From: Haplodiscus bocki
Lineage: Eukaryota
Length of the DNA stretch: 64,000 bases
Direction of reading: 5' to 3'
NCBI GenBank assembly: GCA_965655095.1
Contig: OZ296651.1
Span: 70,122,001-70,186,000, forward strand
Shown here: piece by piece, positions 24,201 through 33,096 of the stretch
Numbering within the stretch: position 1 is the stretch's first letter
Layout: each line of letters begins with the position of its first letter
Program-made: the position numbers and the translations under genes
Notes under the pieces: generated by a model
Seen by the model: the letters and a program-made list of their open reading frames with translations, nothing else
Told to the model about the DNA's origin: nothing
Database searches by the model: none

Positions 24201-27200
24201 CGGAAAATAAAGCACTCGATTATTTTTAATGACCACAGGGGGGTTGTGCATATCATTCTGCTGCAGTTTTGTTTCGAGGTTAATGTTGAAAAACTTGCAA
24301 TAACCAAACGCATTCACTTTATTCAACATTCATTAAAATGAATAAGTTTGCACTAACATGGCTCTCGAATTCCAGACTGCCAATGAAAGGCATGATAAGT
24401 TTGGAGACGTAGACTTTTTCACATACTGCAATTAGAATGACACTGACTAGGAGGCGCACTTTGTTTTCCAGCTCACTTTTGTCAGACAACGAAGCAATGT
24501 TATCTTCACTGTACAACTTCTGCTTCAGTTCTTGCATTTGGAATGCACAGATACATCTCTCCAGTCGTACCAAGTATACATACACGTACAAAAGAGATGG
24601 TAAGGCTCGAAAGGGTTTGTAGTACTCCATGGTCTCGCCTCTTTCGGGACCGTTACACAATTCCTGAAGGTACTTGTCAAATATGGCAAGTTTGCTCTCT
24701 GAACTTTTGGAACTGGAGATGAAATCGAAGAAGGAGAAATAATTGTCATCCAAAACAATGACATCATCGATTTGCTCGCGCTGTAAGTTGCTCTTGAGAC
24801 CGCTTCCTAGGTCCATTTCTAGCTTGAGGGCTTCTCTAAGACGCAGCAGCAGCTTGTGAAGTTTTGATTTAACCAACATTAAAGCACCTTTGTTAGACCC
24901 CCAATCTTCGCACAAGAAAACATTCCCTTTTTTGGAAACCAAAGGTTTAACGGAGTTCTTTAAGCTGGATCCCATGCCCACTTTGGCCGCATAGTCTGGA
25001 TATGTCTCAATGAAGGTTCTCATTTGCGAGTCTGTAACAAACTTTTATTTTCCGCCATATTTTAATTTGGGCGGAAAATCATGCACGGAACGCGTGTGTT
25101 TTTTAACGTTTACTTGCCAATTCATGATATATTATCATACTATGAGTTTGAAATTTATAATGACGAAATTATAGCAAATGTGCCGTAGGATGCAAATGAA
25201 ATAGTAGGGTTTGCTAAAAACGTACAAGAATAGTTTTTTTTTAAAAAAACGAAATTTTAAAAATGGGAAAAGCAGAAAAATTCAAGTAGAATGCGGATAA
25301 AATTGTAACAACACTCAGAAATGCCTTTTAACGTCCAAAATTTAGGGTTTACAAAACATCCGGAATATTATATAATTGCGAAAAACAGCCAATCTGATAT
25401 AGAATTGTAGGCATACCGACAACTGATGTCAGGCGACAACTCATATGAAATTTGTATCAAATAAGTCAGCGCGTTTTGTAAAACGCAGTTTAATTAATAT
25501 CAATTGAGCATCCATCATCTCGCTTGCTACGCTGGCCAAAACATGTTGAGATTTTGGCTTGACATCATTTCACCCGATACCATTTTTCCCTGGCCTATTT
25601 CACCCCAGAAATAAATAACACCACTGTCATTTCATCATCCCATTTTGATTTCACCCCACATTTATTACAACCACTTTACTAGAAGTTTCAAAATTGTTTC
25701 TCTAATAAAAGCGTTTTGGCCTAATTATCAAAAATTAGCAAGACAATTACCACTATACTAACAAAATGCTACTGAAATACTACTGAAACGACAACAATGT
25801 CCCCTATAGTTTTCAAAACTTCAATTAACCCGTGTGTTTTTATGTAACCGTTAAGAAAATTTCATTTTCGATTACCTGTAACGTGCTTTTCAGACTTATC
25901 AGATTTCAGAAAGGAATTCTTCGCAGACCAACGTGCTTATACTAAAATCAAAAATCTCATTTTCAATCGGAACCAATTTGTCCGGTTACATGTCATTTCG
26001 TCCTACGCCATTTCAACCGCTGCAATTTCAACCGTTCACACTTTCAACCGCTTGCCTTTCCGACCGCTTGCAAATTCAACCGCCACAAATTCGACCTATT
26101 TAATTAAGTTCAAGGTTATTCAATTGTTTCAAGACGTTCGAAATTAAGTAAAGTAATTATAGAATCAATTAAACGTCATCAATAAGACAGTGTTACGTAA
26201 TTTCCAAAGGTCATATTGGACAAACTACCATATGTATCAAACTTGAAAATGATGTTTCTGAACGTCATTAGGAAGAAATCAGATGCAATTAGCATCTCAC
26301 TAGGACAACAAACTTGAAGGGACTTTGATTTCTTGTCATCGGCTTTGAACATTTTTCTAAAGGGTTAGCCAGCCCGTAGTCCAAATGTACTTCCGATCTC
26401 ACAAGAGACAATGTCTCTTGGATTAAACTGTACAGCCAGTCATGTTAATGTTCTGAGACGCACTCCGGGAGGCTGCAAGGAGGCGTCAAGACAAAAAATC
26501 AAATATCCCTTCACCTAATGATTGTTTTTCTGCAAAAAAAAAAACAAAAACGGAATTTTATTCAGAAGACAAAAATTTTTTTAACACAATTTCGATTACG
26601 ATTAGGTGCGAACTGTGTTAATTTCCTATTATTGGTGTGTTAATTGCTGAATCCGGTAACTACGACGCTTTTATATTCAAACCTTATTTCAAATATTACG
26701 TTTAAAAACGATTAATCCTAATTACACTTAGTTACTGTAATTAACTGATTACTAGATAATTGAAGCGGTTGAATTGGCGGCGGTTGAAATGGCTCGCGGT
26801 TGAAATTGCACGCGGTTGAAATGGCACGCGGTTGAAAGTGTGAACGGTTGAAATTGCAGCGGTTGAAATTGCAACGGTTGAAATGGCATAGGACGAAATG
26901 TCCTGACACCAATTTGTCCTGCTGTTAGAAATTTTCAAAATACTTCGCCAGAGATTTTTGAAATCATTCAGTTGCTGAAATTAATGTCAACATAAAAACA
27001 GCTAAAATTTCAACATTTTAATGCTAGCAAAGCAAATGAAAAAATTGACGCTCAATTAAGCTGCTTTGCACAAAACGTATTTATTTGATAACAATTTGAT
27101 AAGTTGATGCTTGATTTGAGGTGCCGCTTTTTCAGTTTGATATCAGTTGTCACGTGATATGATTCACGTGACATCTTTACTCCAACTCCAACATGCTATC

Positions 27201-28963
27201 TCTATATTACAAGGGAAACGTCGACTCACCTAAATCATTGGCATCAGCAGACTGTGCAAGACTAGCAGGTGTCAAAAAGGGCTCAAATTTGTGCTAGAAC
27301 AAAAAAGTCAATGAATTATAGTGTTTGTTGAACCATATGTTGACGCCCCCTTGAAAATTTAAGTATGATTGTGCTAAAACGGCTGGAACGTAATAAACCA
27401 TAAACTCTGCAAAAATTCAAATTCCAAGGTTGTAAAATTATATTTTACGGGAAAAATGTTCTTTTCAGATTTTCATATACAGGTGACCCGTATTCTTACT
27501 GTTTCAGTTAGAAAGATCCAATTTTTAGCGCGGTTTCATCAATTCTATTGCTAGAAAAAAAATCTCCTTCAAAATTTCTGTCAATGTAACAGATGGAAAA
27601 ACCTCTGACAACCCGATACAATCTTAGGATAATCAAGAACAATACGATACTTTGAGAACTTCTTCCTCGAAGTTGAGATAAGCTACGCTGAAAGCACTGT
27701 GGTCGCAGTTGGAAATAAGTTTGCCCAGAGTGTAAAGCTTTTCAAAAGTGTGGTAGACAAAGTAGCACCATGAGTTGATTCCCTCCAAGTTTCCCAAAAT
27801 TGAAGTAAGTTCCGAATGATCTCTTCCATATTTCTCATTCACAGTCTCATTAATCATTGCAGCTAAATCAAAAAACCCATACGGTAAGACCTGGTATATT
27901 TTTGGACTGCTTCTGATTCATCTTTACCTAATTTTTCAAAAACATACGGAATTTCGAAGCACAATATGGCAACTACACGGATAGAATGAAATCAATTAGC
28001 AAATATAAGTCGAAAATGTTAAATAGTTCTAGCTCAATTTAAAATGTATTGTTGACGAAAAAAGCGACGAAAAAAGGCTTCCTCATTTTCCAATTCGATA
28101 GCTCTGCCAAAAAAACAACGAAGGATATTACGGTGGAAAACTCTATTTCGAAACTGGCTCCGGTCTTCATCTGTCCACTTGAAGTAGGAGCTGTCCATCC
28201 ATGATACACTACTGCTGTATAGAGAACTCCGAAGGTCGTCGAACTCATCTACTCTCGCTTTCATGCGCATGTATTCTCTTTTTATCTGATCTATTTTATC
28301 TCCCTGCAGTTTTGGACACATCACTTCATCAACTTTCCCAGTTTCTTTTGATCTAAATCAACAAGTACTGTTTCATTCCCTGATTTCTTATTTTTTCAAC
28401 GTATATACATTCATCATCAACTAAAATCGTACTAACCCCACAGAAAACAGTTGCACTGATGTTTGATGTGAGAGTGAAGGACTTGATAACAAACTGAGTT
28501 GGCGAGTCACGCTCAAGGCGGGGCTGCTATAAGACGAATCGTCATCAGTAAATTTCAACCAGTTCAAGGAGTTGTTGAAGGCTTCCTTTTCAAGGTCCAA
28601 GTACTTGGCAAAGTCATAAATATTGAAGTTTTTCTGTGGCGGAAACACCAAAATCTTGGCTCTGATGTTCAAGAAAGTATCTCTTTCGATCTCCTGCATC
28701 TTTGCGATGTTGTTTGAGCTGTTGGAATCATACTGTCCGGACAATCCTTTGACTATTGAGTGATAAATCTCTGATAATTCTTCGACCAGTGATGGCGAAG
28801 CTGTAAACGCCCCAGACACTTTAGGAGTGATGCTATCTAATAAATAAAAGCAATTAACAGCATCACTGAAGGACAGAATTACGATTAGAAGTCTAATGAA
28901 CGGTCACTTATGCTTAGAAGCGAAAAATTTGATTTTTAGCATACTTGATGGCAAAAGACCCAT
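8844..28963 (-). CDS. Large multi-exon gene (about 1419 aa), N-myristoylation-like start, mostly helical, tentative Niban/FAM129-like
   Basis: Coding exons: 28945-28963, 28437-28836, 28057-28352, 27928-27972, 27651-27862, 27230-27293, 24358-25031, 14472-14629, 12508-14008, 9669-9996, 9361-9522, 8844-9244. All introns are GT-AG and phase compatible; total 4260 nt. Starts MGLLPSNS. Weakest junctions are the 28057 donor, 9522 acceptor and 9361 donor. Confidence 0.7.
9669..9996 (-). CDS. Probable coding exon 10 of the large minus-strand gene
   Basis: TTTGCAG acceptor phase 0, T|GTTAGC donor phase 1; ORF 9664..10002. Confidence 0.65.
10035..10194. mobile_element. 160-bp Tc1/mariner-type MITE
   Basis: TA-CTCCGGTGTTCC ... 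GGAACACCAGGG-TA: imperfect 12-bp TIR with TA TSD. Confidence 0.7.
10857..11722. mobile_element. MULE-like foldback element with 15-bp subterminal tandem repeats
   Basis: Termini GGTGTCAGGA... and ...GGGTAACC. Arrays of CATAATACCCAATGC on the left and their inverse on the right. Inner inverted block TAAGTAATTACCAGCGTCTT. TSD (g/a)TTAAAATT. Confidence 0.85.
12508..14008 (-). CDS. Coding exon 9 (Ser-rich low-complexity middle) of the large minus-strand gene; alternatively a terminal exon ending at stop 12463
   Basis: ORF 12463..13983 (506 aa); TTTTGCAG acceptor phase 2; strong donor GAG|GTAAAT at 12507. Confidence 0.85.
14472..14629 (-). CDS. Coding exon 8 of the large minus-strand gene
   Basis: TTTCAG acceptor phase 0, AG|GTTAAA donor phase 2; ORF 14426..14629. 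Confidence 0.8.
15200..20230 (+). mobile_element. Degenerate BEL/Pao LTR retrotransposon internal region (gag-PR-RT-RH-IN), intronic and antisense to the host gene
   Basis: Gag DUF1759-like YLTAGLIGKAAKSI..LLKRKFGDK (~16640-16740); Cys/His knuckle remnants (~17100-17290); protease RALLD (~17520); RT TTKTRVVFDGA (~18040); RNase H ELHSFGDAS (~18845); integrase ICHFTCAKAVHI..LT..LWAIRRF (~19645-19735). Many stops and frameshifts, LTRs not recognised, left boundary approximate. Confidence 0.85.
20565..20974 (-). mobile_element. Helentron-associated (HINE/DINE-1-like) element, copy 2
   Basis: Starts ACAGAGGCGAAGCTGTGCTTCGCAACACTTGC (perfect GCGAAGC/GCTTCGC hairpin) and ends GACACTTGCCTGCACAAGT; collinear with 7507-7894. 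Confidence 0.55.
23508..23950 (+). repeat. Interspersed repeat starting with TTTTCCGCC..GG(T/C)GGAAAA hairpin (HINE-like), copy A
   Basis: About 350-bp direct similarity to 25048-25386; possible inverted subTIR GGCGGATAA near 23907. Confidence 0.55.
24358..25031 (-). CDS. Coding exon 7 of the large minus-strand gene
   Basis: ORF 24319..25023; TTACAG acceptor phase 1, CAT|GTTAGT donor phase 0. Confidence 0.85.
25048..25386 (+). repeat. Same interspersed repeat, copy B, truncated
   Basis: TTTTCCGCCATATTTTAATTTGGGCGGAAAATCATGCAC... matches 23508 onward. Confidence 0.55.
25984..26910. mobile_element. MULE-like foldback element with 15-16-bp subterminal tandem repeats
   Basis: Termini GGTTACATGTCATTTCGTCCTA / TAGGACGAAATGTCCTGACACC. 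TTTCAACCG arrays inverted at both ends. Perfect 9-bp TSD AATTTGTCC at 25975-25983 and 26911-26919. Confidence 0.92.
27230..27293 (-). CDS. Coding exon 6 (HKFEPFLTPASLAQSADANDL) of the large minus-strand gene
   Basis: TTCTAG acceptor and canonical G|GTGAGT donor; bridges phase 0 to phase 1 exactly as required. Confidence 0.8.
27651..27862 (-). CDS. Coding exon 5 of the large minus-strand gene
   Basis: TTTAG acceptor phase 1, donor AAA|GTATCG phase 0; in frame with ORF 27633..27857. Confidence 0.75.
28057..28352 (-). CDS. Coding exon 3 of the large minus-strand gene
   Basis: TTTAG acceptor, phase 2, in frame with ORF 28034..28324. Donor position uncertain (GTCAAC). Confidence 0.7.
28437..28836 (-). 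CDS. Coding exon 2 of the large minus-strand gene
   Basis: ATTAG acceptor and GTTAGT donor, phases 1/2; overlaps ORF 28421..28819. Confidence 0.8.
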
Positions 28964-30379
28964 TAATTCAGATAGTTAACCTGAAGCATGGCGTAATTTC
29001 TTGGAAGACGTTACAAGTTGCTGATTGGGAATACTCCAAATTCGTCCAAATTCATCACTGGGAGAAATCAGATTTGATTTTCCGCCCCGTTGTTTACGAT
29101 CTAAAGGATTTTCAAATTAATAACCCGGCTACAAATTAGCCGTCGTGTATCAACAAATCGAAAACAATAAGCTTGCTTGAAGCATTAGAAATTAGCAGTA
29201 AATTAAAATCAGTATAAAATATACATCGTTATAGAAAAATACATAAACGTGTGTGGTATACGTACTTCGATCGAATAATCGAGCTTAGCATCGATATACT
29301 GGTATCATTTTTGCTCTTTGATAACCCATCTCTCCGAGAGTTACCAGGTTTGCCACTGAATATTTCTACCTTTACTATGATACTTGGTGATAAATAGGTG
29401 GAGTCGACCCACCCCTGGAAAAGCAACACGCCATCTGCAGGGGCGGGTCGAATTAACGTAAAGCAGAGTTTGTCCAGTCCATTCTCCTTGAAAATCCCCT
29501 GGTTAAAAGAATGAATTTAATAAAACTCGAAAGAATTTACATCACGTAATTAGGTGAAGGTTAGTCAAAAAAATTGATGACCTTGCCGATAAGCAATCAA
29601 ATACTACAACCCAGTCTTTCAAGAAAAACAGCCTTCCTCAACTACTGAAGCATTCCTGCAGGCATACGACGGAAACATTCCAGCTATCACCGTGAACGAA
29701 GACCCCGTGAAATTCCGGAAAAAAACGTAAAAACTGGAAAACGAAGCTTTCGACAAATTTTCTAAAGGAATTAGCAAAAAAATAGAAAAAAAACTTTCTT
29801 TCAGGCAAAACAATTTGGTAGCCACATCTAGGTAGAATAAAAGTACGTTCAATCAAATGAAGAGAACAACTGGATTGAGAAGTCCTAGAATAACCGAAAG
29901 ATTAACGAATAAAAATAAACTCCGTTTTTTCAGCGGAAACAAGCAATCCTGTATCGAAAAGTTTGTCATCAATTAGCACGAAAGCATCTGAATTTTCAGG
30001 CTTACTGAACACAGAATACTGATAAATAGGCCCCTGGCGCGGCTCGAACATCAGAGCGAATCAACTAAACGATTATTGATTTGTCATACCAATTTTGAAC
30101 TGCCAGCAAAACTCCTCCATATACCACCGTTGTAAAAAAATTCAACAAGTGCTAAGACAGTACATTCCTGAAACAGCTGGATAAACTGAAAAATCTCCAG
30201 TAGCATGAATACCAGAAATTAAGACAAACTTGCTTTTATCAAAAATGTGCAACCAATTACCAAAAATTTTCGTTACACCCCCTTGCCTACGCAAATAATA
30301 TCAGCTACAAGTGGCATTCACGATTATTGTTGGTATGCAAAATACAAATACACAAATTCAAAAATTTTCAATTTTGAAA

Positions 30380-30722
30380 CTTCTGGCGGATAATCGAGTT
30401 GGAGTTAATCGAGAGTACTTTAATTTTCAATTCTGAAATACCCATAATTATGGCGGATAAACCAGAGAGCTGAAATTCTCAACTTTACACCGTTACTGTT
30501 TTGATGATTATGGTAAATAATCGAGCAGTAAATCTAACAAAGTTACAACTTTTCAATAATGACGCCGGCGATAATTGATTGGCGGTTAATAGAGAGTGCT
30601 ATGTTTTGAACTCTACAAATTTGACGTTTATGGGGGATATTTAAGTGGCCGATAATTGAGAGCCCTAAATTTTCCGAGCTCAAACTTTTTGAGATTGACG
30701 ATTATGGTGGATAATCGAGAAT
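30380..30722. repeat. Degenerate minisatellite with GGCGG(A/T)TAATCGAG motif
   Basis: Motif recurs near 30385, 30451, 30580, 30630 and 30706; it is the same motif as in the 8255-8359 fragment. Confidence 0.5.
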
Positions 30723-32919
30723 TAATTTCATATTATTAACAAGGTAAAAAAACACTTGGCAGAATAAAGACAATCGGTTGAATGAGATGCAGTCAGCTAA
30801 CAGATGAGCTATTTTAGAAATTTGCTACACTTTAGACACTCCAAACGTCTGTTATGGTAAGGGTGTACCTGTTGTATCAAAAACATTCGGCTTCGATATC
30901 AAAAACTGAAATATGTCTTCGTTAAAAAAACATGGATTCCAGATCATCATCGCTAATAACTAGCCAATGAACGCATGAGACAAAAATTTCAGATCCCGTT
31001 AAAAGGAACCTTTCCATTGCATTCATGCAAAAATCGGGAAGAGATCACGACTCATCAGAAATTCAAAACAAAGCCACCCAAGGCAGATACGATTTCAGAA
31101 GGTTTCTGACAAAACCATAGGGTCCCACTTGCGCCTTTTTTTAGCTATCCGTCGAATTGGGAAAAATGAAAGCAAAATGTCTCCAGCTTTACACGCATGA
31201 AAAAGTAAATCGAATGGCGCAATGAAAAAAATTTCGAGTTGGGCGTTCTCACCGCTACAATGATGTTCCGTGTGGTCCCTCCTGTACTCCCACGAAGCTT
31301 TGCTGCTTTTGATTCTTTTTTCAGAATTTTTGAAAGTCGCACAAAATTTCTTATTTTCGCTGCAGTCGGAAAACGTTCACCAAAAAAGCGTCAAAAAAAC
31401 AACTGAGTAACACTACAAGTACTTCGTAACATTAAATTTTTCCGAAGTCCTAAAAAGTCCTAAAAATCATTCGCGCAAATTAACATAAAAATCAACCAAA
31501 AATTGTGGGCTTTCAAGGTTTTCGAAGGAAAATTTACTTTGACACGTCGAGCACCAATGGAACAAAGCTTCAAGGTCATCATTTTTTTTACAAATATTGT
31601 GTTACAATCCAGCTCTACAAAATGACACTACAATGATCAATATAGACGGTCTAAACAAAAGTAAGGGCTGTGGCTATTAGATAAAAACACTTTCAGCTCA
31701 AAGATTAACAAGCCCAGAACAGCTCAAACTCGACGCTGCCAATCTGTCGGTTCTACGTAGGAAGTTTTTGCAGCAGGTGTTTTCGAAAAATTTTAGCATG
31801 GGCGTAAGGGATATCATCAGCACTTTCATGATTTTTGAGTACGAAATTAATCTAGAAGCCATTAAAATTGTGGATCGTGCTCCGAGTCAATCGCTTCTGC
31901 TCAGCATTTAAAGCCATGTATAGCTGAAGAAGAGGACCCGCCTGGAATACCAAGGATGGGCATGAACTCAATTATCTACTCTATGGAGGGAACGCGCAGT
32001 ATGGATAAACATATTAAGTGACACTATCAGTCCTGAACATTTCTGTTTTGGTTCTAATTGAAACAATGAAGAATCGTTTATTGTGTTTCTAACATGTGGC
32101 TGACTGATGAAGAATAAAATGTACGATAAGCTTTGCGCATTGTTTACTCTTTGCAACAATTTTTTTTCACTGGCAGTAAAAACTGTGGGTAGAATTCAAT
32201 AGTATTCGCGAAAGTTTCTCGTATCGAAAAATAGGACGGAAAAATAACTCCAGCCATGTACGGATAGGTCGAAAAATCGAGATAACCTAGGAAAAATGTT
32301 TTTGAAGTTTATTACAGATTATGTGAATTTAGGGTTAAATTAACTGCAGATTTTTTGCTCAGAAAATAAATGGTTTGTAGCAGAAAAACTCGACTGCCCT
32401 AGTGGCATTCTGTTTTAGCGACTAAGCTGAAAGATGACAATGGCCGATCTTGATAACGAAAAAACTTTGAATAATATGGGAAAAAAATCTTGGCCACCGT
32501 AATTGGTCCAGCCGCAACGAAGTTTAGCAATAGCATTTTCTAATATTATAACGTTTGAGGCCTTGCATGAACGCTTGGAAGCCTGATTGAAGCATTCCGT
32601 AAGTAGGCTTAAAAAAGCGTTATTTCGTCACTATATTATAGATGAATCGATATTTTTGTCCATCAAAGTGCCATACTGAAGCCAGATTGAGAATCATTCA
32701 AAACCATTCAGGATAGCAGTAAACGATCACAAAAGCTGAAACTTCACCCATAAGGAAATGCGAAGATAGACAAAGCCCTTTCGTCTTTCCATGGACCCAA
32801 GTGGTGACAACAGCGCCGGATGACTGAAAACTTTTGAAGGAGTATTTGTTTTCGAACTAGTTGTTTCATTCGATGTACTTGGTAGTATATCTGCTTGTTT
32901 TGCTGCAAGAGTCGAAAAT

Positions 32920-33096
32920 TCTTAAACCAGGTATCAATTTTAAGTCTCAACTCCTACAGTACCAACTAGCGCAAGAGGAAGAGTTTGAGACGGGATTTCA
33001 GCAGACGTGGACAAAAGAGGACTCGAAATTTCCAAGCATGGCTGAGTTGATATTACATTCGACGAGGCTGCAGGACTTCAAAGTGCTTGGTCGACC
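32920..33096 (+). pseudogene. Older, diverged partial copy of the satellite/YR monomer
   Basis: Translates LKPGINFKSQLLQYQLAQEEEFETGFQQT, versus monomer LKRGINFKAQLQYHQAQKEEFGIGFQRT; similarity continues up to the array junction. Confidence 0.8.

Noticed and set aside
26718-26938. Repetitive CNFNR / AISTA peptides
   Set aside because: They are translations of the 15-bp subterminal repeats of a foldback transposon; the same applies to 10754..11089 and 10846..11031.
31560-32100. Coding-like stretch upstream of the array
   Set aside because: All frames are interrupted, and no motif or similarity to the monomer was recognised.
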